Source: Neoechinorhynchus agilis (lineage: Eukaryota > Animalia > Acanthocephala). Taken from it: a DNA stretch of 64,000 bases. Below are positions 1 to 12,149 of this stretch, one piece after another (the first letter of the stretch is position 1; each line of letters opens with the position of its first letter). The stretch is taken from positions 15,949,480 through 16,013,479 of the forward strand of contig CM121342.1 of assembly GCA_051530055.1 (NCBI GenBank), read 5' to 3'. Under the pieces are notes generated by a model that saw only the letters and a list, made by a program, of their open reading frames with translations, did not search any database and was not told the DNA's origin. A program made the translations under genes and the position numbers.

Positions 1-257
1 TTGAAAGTGTAGATTAAAGAGTGTCAATTTTTGTCTGTTTTATATAGGATCTAAGATAAAAAGATCTTGTGCCCACAAACTAAAACGTTGACAGCACGGA
101 GTCAGGCGCACACAACGGTTCAAAAGATATGAAATGGAAAGCTTTGCAGGGTATTCGAAAAATTATAATGATAACGAACAAAATTTTTTATAGAATTAAT
201 TACCTGAAGAAAATTTCTGAAACGATTTCAGGGTTTGGTTTGGAGCTTAACTTCTAG

Positions 258-598
258 AAGTGTGAGCAGCTCTTAATAAACATGGAGGAATACCGCGACA
301 AAATACTTCGCGACTTTACCTTCGTCGCGCCAGGCTTGAAGTTGATTCAGCTCGATCAGCCCAGTTTGTAAGGGAGAACGTTCCAATTGATATATAAAGC
401 ACGCCGCCCAGTCTGGAGCTGCTATTTGAGAAAGCCCACGAAGCAGTGTTCATCAAAAATTGCATCTACACACCTAAACTTCTCTACAAGCTGAGAACCA
501 CTTTAACCTTCAACTATCAGAAAGACCTGGCTAATCTCCACAACCTCGTACGAGACAAACTTGAGAGCATTCTAAATGTGAGCTTCGGCGCGAATTAA
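258..598 (+). CDS. 3' part of an unidentified spliced gene (…EEYRDKILRDFTFVAPG…KLESILNVSFGAN*); upstream exons lie in 1-232 or outside the window
   Basis: Exon 258-367, a 32-nt GT-AG intron at 368-399 (phase 2) and exon 400-598 join into one open frame ending in TAA at 596-598. No family recognised. Confidence 0.55.
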
Positions 599-699
599 AA
601 TGAAGTCAGACAACCTTGCCCACATCCTTCGCTGGTTCTAGCATTAGACGTACCAGTGATGCGCGAGTCGTGAACACTCGAAAAAGGTTTTCTATGAGG

Positions 700-1444
700 T
701 TAATGAAAAGCATTTCAAAGAGGCCCTATCGAAATGGTCGTTACTAACCGGATTGGATCAACCTCCAGGAAACTGCGCCAAGCAGCATCTTGGGACTCAC
801 CGCACCAGATAGATGAGAGGTTCCGAATTCGACTGATGGCTTGTTTGATCAAGGAATCGGGATCATGGCTCGAAGCTTTGCCCAATGAACGCTTGGGAAC
901 ATTACTAGACGACGAGACATTGCGCATCTCATTGCATCATTCCGCGCCAATCTCGTTGCGGCTCACATGCAGACGCAACTGGCACACGTGGGCTCTGCAA
1001 GGAAATTTCCAAGACACTCGGCACTCAACGACATAATCAGCAGAATTTTGTCCCGCATTAGCATTCCTAACGTCTTCGATCAAAGCAAATCTAGGACGTT
1101 TCGACGAAAGACGCCCGGACGGAGCGACCGTCTTCCTCTGGAGCCGCCGCCGCTGTCTTATGTGGGACGCTACATGCACCGAAGACACTTCGGCCAGGAG
1201 CAACTTCGAAGTTGCGAAAAAAGGTGAAGGCAAAGTCGCCACTTCTGCTGAGAGAAGGAAAGTTGCCAAATACAGCAACTTCGCTGCAGATTTTATCCTC
1301 GCTTTGTTAGGCGTGGAAACCTATGGGTCGTCGGGGGAGACGTCTTTGATGCTGATAGGATTACGAGGGATTCTCGTGCCCAATGTCCTAGCGGCAAAAC
1401 ATAGGCGAAACGCCGCGATCATCCGTATGCCGGTAAAAAAATAG
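700..1444 (+). mobile_element. CRE-like non-LTR retrotransposon remnant (C-terminal zinc-knuckle/RLE endonuclease region), frameshifted
   Basis: Overlapping ORF pieces give SGSWLEALPNERLGTLLDDETLRIS, RHSALNDIISRIL, WDATCTEDT and GVETYGSSG, which match the C-terminus of CRE-clade elements. Several frameshifts. Confidence 0.75.
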
Positions 1445-2237
1445 AAAATGTTATTTTGTCAAATTTTTTAGACTTGGAGCATTCTTAAGTTTATTCTATT
1501 GAAAATCAATAGTCGCCATGATTTTTGGACGGATCATTTGATCGGTGCAGTAAAGAACATGAGACGAAAATCTTACAAACCCCAAAAACTGCAAAAATGC
1601 ATTTTCCTTCTCATAAAATGGCATAATATTAGACCGCAACATAGACTGCAACCAATGAGTTTTAAAAAGAGCAACCATCGCCAACGATTTCAATGCAGCG
1701 TTGGAGAAACTTAAAAAATGCATTACAGGGAAAAGGAACTTCTAGATAAGGAAACTATTCTTTCAAAAAATAGTTCACGTGAACTTTTAAGTCATCATTC
1801 AAGCCCACGCGATTTTAAATAGGTACTTTTAAAACGTTTAGTACTCTTACTGATGATTGCTTTTTTGAGATTTATCAAAATAAAATATTTAAAGTTCTTC
1901 CGTGTACAATATGACGTCATTTCGCATCTTAAGCTCTACATTTTTGCGCAAAAGGATCGTGCTGTTTTTTGACAACAAGATTAATACTTTGAATACAAAA
2001 ATTGTGGAAATACGGAATACGTTATGGTAATTATTACCCAATTAGATTTCCGAAAGACTTTGCTTATTACGGTTTCTAGTGTGTTTTTGCTCATATCTCA
2101 CCGAAACAACCTGAACTGAACGAACTGTTTGAATGATGAGTTTTCGTTCCCCGCCTAAAGTAAGAGCGCTCACTCTTAATGCGAATTGAACGCTCCGTGC
2201 GCCAAAGAGGCAAAGATTATCTATCAAAATTTTAGAT

Positions 2238-3692
2238 ATGGCTTATAAAAATAGTGCAGTGTATATTGACAAACAGGAAACCTTAGAACAAAAGGTACTT
2301 TTGGATCAGTTTGGAAATTATAGAATTTTCGTTCTAATTTAGTTTCAACTTGTATGGGAATTCCTACGGACGGACGAAAATGATAACTTAATTCCTAATT
2401 CAAATGACTCGTTCTCTCGTCTGATGGAAACCTTGGGAACTTCTTCAATATGGTCCAGCGATCTTAAGGATAAACAAATACAATCCATTCTCACTTATTG
2501 TCTAATGCTTTTATCTCATCCGGATATCCAAGATGCTAAAAGGATTGAAGGTGATATACTGTTCGCCGAAACTCTGTGTCAACAAAGTACTCATCTGAGT
2601 GTTCGACTGAGCACATTGACCGATCTGTTAGTAAATATCAACGCCGCAAAGCATCCGCATGCGTTATAGTTCAATGAATCATTTTTTCTTATGGGTTTCT
2701 TTTAGCCGAAAAAATGAGCTTTCATTGCGATAAAGTTACTAGAGATCGTGATTAGACTGTGTAAAGAGAACAAAACCCAACTCGATAAACGAATTTCATT
2801 TGATTTTCTTCTAAACTATCTGGATTCCTCGATTACCAGATCAGATAAGGATTCTTGCAGGATATTGTCTCTTTTATCTGAGATGTATGACGCAATCGAT
2901 AGGCACGACATCGCCCTCAAATGTAAACTACAGATCATCTCCCTCGATCTACCTGATCTTAAAGATGAGACCATCGATGCAATTTTACTTAACATTGCGG
3001 ATCCGGAGATTTTTGAACTAGACCACCTTCTAATGCACGAGCAAGTTCGACTGTTGGAGGGAGAACTTTCTTATAAGGTTTGTATCATTTGCTGTGAAAG
3101 CTAAGCAAACAGGGCCTCCTAGTATTGCTGAGACGAATCTTTCTTGGATCTTAAAAGTTCTCTGTAAAACTGTACGTCTTTTTAGATCCTTTCCGCCTTT
3201 ATAAACGGTGATGTAAAAGAGTTCAAAAAGTTATGGCTTACTGCTGCCGAAAATACTAGAATTCGAGATGCAATCGCGCGAAATGGTATAAAGCAATAAA
3301 AAATCACACTTCTTACAAAATGTATTCATTTAGGCATTTCCTACGATGTATGTACCAATAAAATACTGATTATTGCATTTTTGCAACTCTGTGAATCATG
3401 CCCAGCCAAATCGCTCACCTTTGACGAAATAAAGGAAACTTTGTCATTGGAAACTGACGAAGATGTAGAAGATATCGCGGTCAAAGGTAATGTCATTTAT
3501 TTTTCAACATCGAACTTTATCTACAACTTTTGAGCAGTGGTGAAATTGAAGCTGGCAAGATGCACGGTGGATGTGGCGAAAAGGTCAGTCCATGTTCAAG
3601 GAGCAATTCCAGTCATTTTTGGTGATTCAAGTTGGAATGCTGTCCAAGAGATCGTCAATGATTGGCGAAGTGGTTCAGCCGGGGCTGCATGA
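2238..3692 (+). CDS. EIF3M: Eukaryotic translation initiation factor 3 subunit M (PCI domain), 6 exons
   Basis: MAYKNSAVYIDKQ… start, LSVRLSTLTDLL, IADPEIFELDHLLMHEQVRLLEGEL (cf. DPNAFLFDHLL..VKFLEGEL) and a C-terminal VIFGDSSW..VQEIVNDW. GT-AG introns at 2295-2342, 2663-2705, 3078-3185, 3286-3333 and 3487-~3534. A one-base offset is needed near 2719-2722. Confidence 0.8.
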
Positions 3693-5187
3693 CTACATTG
3701 TTCGCTGAAAATTTAAAATTAAAGGACTTTACTTTCATTTCCGCTTAGAGGTAACAATTATCTATGTGTACAAATCTTATTGTTTTATAAAATTATCATC
3801 TTGTTGAAAGTATTTATGCGAACAGCGTTAAAATTTTAAAAGTTAATGAGCATCTTCATTTTCATTCATCACTCATGCATAATTAATCTTAAGAAACGAT
3901 TATTATTGAGACTTGCTTATTAGAACTGTAGTTTAAAAATCTATTACTAAAACATCTAGCTATTGGGCAAAAAACATTAATTTTGTAGACAAATTCAAAT
4001 CCCTAGCGAAACCGAAGATCTGACATTAGCTGAAGGGTAGGAGATCATTTCGTAGATAAATCTAGCACAGATAATGTATAACTTTTGCTTAAAACATTTT
4101 TGGACTGCAACTTATTATATAGGAAATAATCTGCCCGCTGGTGCTCAGAAAACTTATCAACTATTTACATAATTAATTCTTTTAGAAAATAGTCATTATT
4201 TAAAAGTACAGATTGATCAAGTCAGTTAGATTATAACGCTTTGGTCTCATTTACGCTTTTTATTTCAGAATATTAAAAACAAAAATATTAGCTCCTTTAT
4301 GAGGCGTAGCAAGGACGACAGGAATGGTAAATCGCGTGGCATAAAATGCAATAATCGAATCAGCACGAATCGAATTCGCATTGTCCTTTCTGATAGAGAA
4401 TATCATCAAGAGGCGTCCGTTTGCACTTAGGACATTTTGAACATTTATACTCTCGTTCTAGTTGTAGTGGGCCGAACAGTTGTAGGTTTATCCGTACATT
4501 TTTAGCTGATTGGCTGAACCCGTAGCGATTCAATTGTCAGGAATACATTCGGAACCGGTTATTAGTTCATTCTCAAAAGTCGGCAAAAGTGAGCCCATTA
4601 TAAACATTAATTAACAAATAATTAATGTCTAGAATTTCTGCATGCTGTATACCTGTCCGAAATCGCCAATGTTGTGATTGGCGTCTGACGGTCCTTTGAA
4701 GTTTGACCTCTAACAAATTTCCAAGAAACGTTACACCTAGGCAAGTGCAATAACGTTTCGGCAGGCGCCTTTGTTATTGGAGGTGAAATAGCAAAAAGAA
4801 ATCAAAGATCCGATTATCACATACTTGATTCATGTGCCATTACCAAAATCTTCCCAACAGTTTATTCACAAACAAACTGTACGTTTTATAAAACATCATC
4901 CCAAGCCTTTCTACGTGCTTTCAATAATTTCATTAAGAAACTATATAGAATTACGAATTTTTGGCAAAAAATTGCAACTTAAGTGCGCAATTTTTTAATT
5001 TCCTCGCAAAAGTAAGCTGTTATAGGTATTCATAAAAAAGTTCAAATGATAGCCTGCTTTTATCTCCAAGACAATTGATCTATTTTAAACTCTTACGTGC
5101 ACTTCTTGCTAATGATCACCAATTTACTTCTTAATTTGTCTGTAGGTAGTTCTTTGATCTTGATCTTAAGCTTACCTCTCACTCTGA

Positions 5188-6030
5188 TTGGCTGCAGAAT
5201 CACCCGTTATCGCTCTCATGCATCATTATGTTCGAACCTTTTCATTACCTGTATCTTGTTCAAAGCTACCTTTGGTGATACTTCATATGAACGCGAACGC
5301 TCATAGGAACAGTGGACGCAATAAAATAACTTCAACGAGAATGCGATCAGCAAAATCTCTTCTCAATACAATTGTCGTTTTACACTTGTCTAGAAGTCCT
5401 AAAGCCAATCGAACATCTAAGCAGAAAATTGAACTTCCCCTAAATTCGAAAGATGATCATCTCTTACCGATTGCGATGTATATGCCAATTGTGCCTTCCC
5501 CTAATCGGTTAAGTAAAATGATGTTTCCTGAGAGAAGCAATATGATGAGATCAACAAATTTAAGGAAAAGAAAGCGTCCAGACTTCAGCCGCGAACCGTA
5601 TGAACTACGACCTAGAAAGAGACAACATCGGTTAGATAATAAAGACGAAAACAAAGAAAACGATTATCAAATGGTGAAAAAAAGAAAAAGGAAGATTACA
5701 AAACCTTTGAAATTCACGGGTTCAGCCAATCAACAAAGGGTACAGCTCGATGAAAAAATGGTCGTAAAATCCGAGGCGATAAACTTTCAACTGTTCGGCC
5801 CACTGCAACCAGATCGAGAGTACAAATGTTCAAAATGTCCTAAGTGCAAACGGACATCTCTTGAAGATATTCTCTATCAGAAAGGACAATGCGGATTCGA
5901 TTCGTGTGGATTCGAATATTGCATTCTATGCCACGCGATTTACCATCCCTGCCGTCCTTGCTACGAAACCATTTTATCCAGAACAAGTTCAGAACAGCCT
6001 CACAAAGAAGCTCGATTACGAAGATGTTAA
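5188..6030 (+). CDS. Emi1/Emi2/Rca1-like APC/C inhibitor (C-terminal ZBR zinc-binding region); first ATG at 5218, true start uncertain
   Basis: The C-terminus CPKCKRTS…GQCGFDSCGFEYCILCHAIYH…C followed by RLRRC* matches the IBR-type ZBR plus RL tail of FBXO5/FBXO43. Basic, intronless ORF. Confidence 0.65.
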   Translation: MAAESPVIALMHHYVRTFSLPVSCSKLPLVILHMNANAHRNSGRNKITSTRMRSAKSLLNTIVVLHLSRSPKANRTSKQKIELPLNSKDDHLLPIAMYMPIVPSPNRLSKMMFPERSNMMRSTNLRKRKRPDFSREPYELRPRKRQHRLDNKDENKENDYQMVKKRKRKITKPLKFTGSANQQRVQLDEKMVVKSEAINFQLFGPLQPDREYKCSKCPKCKRTSLEDILYQKGQCGFDSCGFEYCILCHAIYHPCRPCYETILSRTSSEQPHKEARLRRC

Positions 6031-6686
6031 TATTTTTGTTTTAAGCATTATGCTAAAAATAAAGAGCGATAGTGGTACCAGAGGGACATTTTCGATACGC
6101 CTACAATTATTTTAACAATTCCAAAGACGCGTGTAGTGTACGGATAGTTATATCGGAAACATACGATCAGACTAAATAATAGAGATTATAAAATAGTTAG
6201 CGATAGAGAAATCGCTTTAAGAATCACTTAATGTCATTTGCCATTACATTGACCTAATGATACATTTTCCTGCCAGTAAAATTGACGTCATAAAGATGAT
6301 TTAACTACCAGCGGCGAGAGATTTTTAGCCGAAAAAGAGTTAATGTAAGATTTCAAGGTTAAAAGCAAATTCCTCGAGTAATTCACCTTACTTATCTGCA
6401 CCGATACAGTTGTCGATAATAATGAATTGACCTGCGGCGCTTAGTTTAATTGCTAAACACATTTCTGAATCGCTCATTTAATCTCTTGTAAAATTTAAAT
6501 TGTGATAGCTGAACATTACGCTGAAGTTCTTTCAAACAGATTCGTCCTCTAGAGACTTCAATTTAATAAATACAACGTATTCATTCTATACTAGTTAATC
6601 TTATGAAGATTATCCCTTTTATTAGGGATAGCAAATTCGCTGAGAACAGTAGATTTTAATTTTCAGTGAGTAAAATTGTAATAAGT

Positions 6687-8717
6687 TTAAAGGGCGATCA
6701 TAGAAAAACAACCTCGGGAACTTCCTCTAAAGCGAGCGTTTCCGCATTCAATAAAAATTTTATATCGATTCCTTTGAGAAATAAAAGATAATTTGACACG
6801 AAAAAAACAATCTATTCGTTCGAAAACTCTCCACCCTTCCAATGAAGAACTCTCTTCCCTCTGATCTGTCTTATTTTTCGTCGATATAGTACTTTCGCAT
6901 CTCACACTGCTGCCTTCTTCGACATGCATATCCGTGAAATACGCGAATCACATACACCTGCTATCAACTCCGGAGAAACCACTCCTGAGGTCAGCGGTTA
7001 TTTCCCGTAATTTAATTCGAACACAACATACAATCCGTTATTCTGGTTCAGGATTCATTCGCATAAAATCGAATTTCGGCACTTTAGTGTACAATCCTGG
7101 GCAATTGATCCAGCGATCACCTTCCTGGGCTAGAAACTTATCAGGGCCAAAATTATATCTATTCAGTCCCTGTTTCACAATTTCGTCAACAGTTGTCGCA
7201 CAATCCGTTGGAGTTAGTACTTTAGTGGATGTCGGTCGAAACGTGTCCTCCGCAAACGATGTACTTTCCAGCAAATCATCAAATGCAAGCTCTGCTGGTT
7301 CTGCCATAGTTAATAAAATCCGTGAAGATTCTTCGCTAGGAGATTCAACGATTCCTTCTTGAACATCAGTACCCGTTATAAGAGATTCAAACAGATCACA
7401 CCGATCGGTTACTTTTTCAGATCTAATTTGAGATATAGCGCTATTAATAATTGATAATACGTTTTCTAGTTTAACATAATCACGTTCAACCTTACTCACA
7501 CATTGAACACTGAAATCTTTTGTCCATCCATCACCCAAAAGTATTTCACTTTTTGGTTTTAAGTCAGAGAATCCAACAGGCGATACGATCGATCCAATAT
7601 CGAAATCATAGGTCAAAAACGATTTATGACTGGTCATCAGGGGAATACTTTTGAATACAAACGCTAATTTTCTCTCAATACCACAAAGCGTTTCACTTTC
7701 AATGGAAAAATTTTGTGTTTGGTCCAGTAATCTTGACCAATCGTTAAGAGAGTGCGCAGTGACAACAATCTGAGCCAATCGGGGAAATGATTTAGTTCGA
7801 CGAAGAAAAGATTTTAAATCTTGGTCGAGGTTTGAAATGCCAATCAAACTCTTCTTGTCTTTTTCTCTTTTTTCTAGAGCGCGGCAGTTTTTCAATAAAT
7901 TGGATACCATAAAAGCACGACCGCAATCAGGTGAAACTGCAGAAAATATTGAACATTGAGAACTTTTAAACAAGTAGTCGTTATAGCTATCCTCAGTGAG
8001 TTTCAGAAAAGTCGTCTCGCTAAGAAATTCTTTTACGCCTCCTAAACGAATCCAGCAATTATCTAATTGTACAAAATGTTTGGACGGACAATAACTAGAA
8101 TTTTTCAGGACCCCAACTTTAAACGAATTACTGATTGGTGACAATCGACGTTGACGCTGCTCTTTTTTGATTGGTTCGTCTCTTTTTCGAGCCAAAATGT
8201 AGTCGCATTCGAGTGCAAACTGCGCTGGCCGATCCGGACATCTACGTTTCTTAGACTGATCTGACTCAACCATTTGGTTTAAACGAGGACGTCTCCGAAT
8301 TGTTCTCGGGCTATGGGGCAGTAGATTTAACGAGGATGCGAATTGTTCTCCCAGTTGTTGCATTTGTCTATCCTGAGTGTTCCACGCTGGAGGAGTTTGA
8401 TAAGGTAATCGGGGGAGTAAGGGAGCGAATCCTGGTGGGACTGTCATGAATTGCGATTGAAATGTAGTAAGACGTTGTTGATCCCTTGTAGGTCGGTTCA
8501 TTACTATATAAGGTTGTAAGTCCCTCCGTCTTAACAATAGCACTGGTTCTCGACGAGGAAGATAGGGCGGTCTTGTCAACCTCGGGTTGATAGCGTAGCC
8601 GTAATTGAAGTTCTGGTAAGGACATACAGAACGAAACTGATTGCCATGTGGATTTCCAATCGTGCCAGAAAATCGCATTTGCCGGTTGGTATGCCAATCT
8701 CGGTTGCCGCGACGCAT
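6687..8717 (-). CDS. Large protein, probable remote ICE2/NARG2 (little elongation complex) homologue; main exon 7038-8717, probable terminal exon(s) near 6687-6990
   Basis: 593-codon ORF whose likely start is the ATG at 8717, after TTTTTCAG-AG. LDNCWIRLGGVK, AQIVVTAHSL, VPKFDF and the downstream RIDCFFRVKL resemble my recollection of ICE2 segments LEKTLLALGSVK, QIALTSQSL, LPKVEY and HIDAFTSKL, in the same order. The exon junction near 6990-7040 is unresolved. Confidence 0.45.
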
Positions 8718-9065
8718 CTCTGAAAAATATAAAGAAACCGTGTCGATATGTGAAGAGATACCGGGATATGTAATTAGAATTATTATCCAGAAGTCTTCAC
8801 CAGGTAAATGATTATTCATTCAAAACGTCTTGCGAACCTCGTCGGGAACTAACAAACTGATGATGAATCCAACGATGTTCGAAAAACCTTTAATAAATAA
8901 TCATTTACCGGGTGTAGAACTAAACAACGAAGATACAACCTAATAAATAACCAACATAGTGGTTGTTCACGAAAAATTGTTGAAATTAAAAAATGCCGTA
9001 TTTCATGACGATGGCGTTCGGCAGAAATCCATACGTTCTCCAATCCCTAATCTGTACTAAACAAG

Positions 9066-10470
9066 AATTCACCTAAATTTCAATTTCTATTCATAGCATT
9101 TGCAAGAAAGACTGGGCGAAAAAGTAGTTTGTCCAAATATTTGCTTTATTCGCGCAATCCAATTTTTTACCTCAGTGTTTGAGCGGAAAGCAAATCAAGA
9201 ACGCGGCAATTTCTTATTGTAGGTAAAATTATTAAAATGCTTTAATTACAAATCTCGTATTTCATCAAGTGGCTTTTACAATGTTCGGCAGGAATTCGTT
9301 CCATCTCCAATTTTTTTATCTGTCTTCTTTGATTATTATAAAAATAGAGACTGCTTTCTTGGATTATTATCGTCGGGGCAAAGGATACTTTCTTTTGGTA
9401 GTTTTATCACCCCGGATTTAAGTTCACTAATTTAATCCTCCGATATTACACGTCGGATAATTCCGATATTATCAAGGTTTGCCATTGTTTGGAAGTAAAT
9501 GAAAGGAATCCTTTCATTGTCGGAAATAAATTAGTTAACTTAAATCCGGAGTGACAAAACTATCAAAACAAAGATACTGTTTTGTTGATTTTGTGGCAAC
9601 GACTTCTTCCGGATGCCCGGCGTGCAACCGTAGGACGTTTGTGTCGGCGAACAGAGGGAAGGACAACATACATTTGACCATCATAAACAATAATAAATAC
9701 CTCGTCTTGATTACGTGCAGCTGCTAAAATCTCAATATTTCGCCCGTCACCAGAAGTCCGACGAGAAGGACGAGATTAATAAGTCAGTCTCTATTTTTAT
9801 AATCACCGAATGACACATACAAATGAACAACTTCTATACAATTCTTTATCTGTAATAAACAACAATTTACCTAAATTTTAATTTCTTTCGATAGCGCTCG
9901 CATCACAGAATTCAAGCGATTACGCTGTTTACCGAATTATTTGCTTTACTCGCGCAATCTAATTTTTTATCCCAGTGTTTGAGCGGAAAGCAAACCAAGA
10001 ACGCAGCAATTTCGTATTGTAGGTAAAATTATTTAAATGATTTTATTATAAATCTCGTATTTTATAATGCACGTCACAAAGTATTAATTAAAATTTCGTT
10101 CCATCTCCAACTTTTTTTACCTGTAATAAACAGCAATTTACCTAAATTTTAAGTTCTTTTCATAGCTTTTGCAAGAAAGACTGGGCGAAAAAGTTATTTA
10201 CCCAAATATTTGCTTAATTCGCGCAATCCAATTTTCTAAACCGAGTGTTCGACCAAAAAACAAATCAAGAACGCGGCAAGGTCGTATTATAAGAAAACCA
10301 TTAAAATGTTTATATTAAAAATCGCATATTTTATCACGTGCTGCATTCAGCAGAAATTCGTCTTCCAAATTTTAATCGTTTGCGATACAGATCTCAGACC
10401 GTAACATTCTTCAAAGAAGTATTCGCTTTATTCGCGCAAGCCAATTTTTTTTACCCGAGTGTTTGACCGG
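9066..10470. repeat. Array of ~250-270-bp direct repeats (units start near 9067, 9864, 10135, partial near 10420; another copy at 16960-17230)
   Basis: Recurring blocks aatt(c/t)acctaaattt…tttgctttattcgcgcaatc…gtgtttgagcggaaagcaaa…agaacgcggcaat…ttcgttccatctccaa. Confidence 0.8.
9335..9803. mobile_element. ~470-bp insertion bounded by a perfect 19-bp inverted pair and containing a decayed PLE pseudo-LTR/hammerhead
   Basis: attataaaaatagagactg (9335-9353) is the reverse complement of cagtctctatttttataat (9785-9803). The internal gtccgacgagaaggacgaga (9755-9775) resembles the hammerhead at 28513. Confidence 0.55.
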
Positions 10471-10819
10471 AAAGCAAATATAGTCGCTTTCCGAGTGCAA
10501 AACTTTGTCCTAAAAAATTTTCTTTCAGCGCAACAGCGGACCAAATTTTTTTAAACGACATTGTTTTAAAATGTCGATAAATTGAGTTACCCGGTTATAT
10601 GATTGGGATTGTTGTTGAGAAGTCGTCGTCCGGTAAATAACTTTTTTTATTTACCGGACGAGGCTTGAAACGCCTTGGGTAAAAAATTATTTACCGGTTT
10701 AATACTTCTAAATAACAACACGAAATCGTTTAAAAAGTGTAATTACTGTTTTAATGTTCAATTACAAAAACGAATCAATGTAATAGTTTTTCATAAATTT
10801 TTTTAACGAATTTTTTCAG

Positions 10820-12050
10820 ATGTTTAGTTCCGACCGAAATAAAATGATAGATTTTCAACGAACGATTCGTGAAAATAATCTTTATCTAAAAGAATATTTG
10901 GGTGATTTGGACAAATGGACCGAGAATGTTAAAAAAGTGCCTGTATTAAGTGTCGAAGTTTTAAAAGAGAGAGGTAACCTCTTGTTTAAATCTAAGCAAT
11001 ACCGTGAGGCGTTGATGGAATATCGGAAAGCAATACGGGAAATTGATTGTAAAGACGAACCCAAGATGACTGCCATTCTTCACGCAAATGCTGCACAATG
11101 CCTGTTGTGTTTGAAACAATTTAGGGAGACGATAGAGGAAGCTTCGTCGGGTCTTGAAATCGAACCGGAAAATTTAAGTATCAGTGGTGGTGGTGGTGAC
11201 GTTCTACAATTTAAATTATTGCTGTAAATCACAAACCAAAATTTATTCGGTTATTTCTAGACGCTTTAGGATCCTATTTTTTGCCCAAATGAGAAACATA
11301 GTTGTTGCCAGCTACAACAAGAGAACATTCCACTATTAAATTGGCATTTGTGCTTAAAATGCGAGCACCATTGATGCAACAAAATGCTTGTACCGTAGGG
11401 TGAAAGGATATTTGGGAATGTCTTATGAGGAGGGCGGCCGTATATTTGAAAAAATTGAAACCGATTTGAAGAATCTTGAGCTGCTGGACGGTAGTAATCG
11501 TGCTGTTTTAGAATTAAGAGGTGAATTCGAGAAGCGCTGCACCTATGTGGATTGTGATGTTAAATTTTCTGAGGTTGAACAATTTCAGTGGCTGAAAATC
11601 GGAAAACTTTATGACACTCGATTAAAGACTAAAGAGTCTAATGGTCACGATCCATTTCTCAAATTGGAGCGGTGCCCTTCGCTGACTCAAATGAAACCCC
11701 TGCAATCATCTATTGAGTTTAAGCAACGATTCACACAATACAAGCGTTATGGAAAGGTTTTTCTATCCCAGTTTTTGCGCCTTATGGTCCCGACCAAGTC
11801 TATTAGTGATCTGATCGGCAGTGAGCTTAACTGTGAGATTCTTGAAGCTTTCATGGACGCCTGGGATGAAGAAATTGATCCTGAGACCAAAGTAGAATTC
11901 ATGATCGAAATAGCAAAATGTAAAAGGTTTTCATCGGCGCTCGCAATTTTCAAGTGTAACGTGCACAATGTGGCGAAAATTGAGAAGTATATACAAGAAA
12001 TTGGTGACAAAGCACAGAGAAGTGCGATTCAAAAATTGTGGATTCTTTAA
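10820..12050 (+). CDS. RPAP3: RPAP3/Spaghetti-like TPR co-chaperone (R2TP complex), 2 exons
   Basis: N-terminal IDFQRTIRENNLYLKEYLGDLDKWTENVK, TPR repeats (KERGNLLFKSKQYREA…, ILHANAAQCLL, LYRR) and a C-terminal RPAP3_C-like region (PLQSSIEF…RFSSALAIF). Intron donor at 11178; the acceptor is problematic. Confidence 0.8.
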
Positions 12051-12149
12051 CGATTCTAAGCTTTGCAGAGCGATATATATGGTAAATTTGTTCACAAGCG
12101 AGTTTTTATTGCATACTTTTTATTTCGTATTTCGGTTTCTCCTTTTTAT

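Noticed and set aside
2026-2045. ggtaattattacccaattag resembles nematode SL1
   Set aside because: Partial match only, with no following GT donor or Sm-binding site, so it is not supportable as an SL RNA gene.
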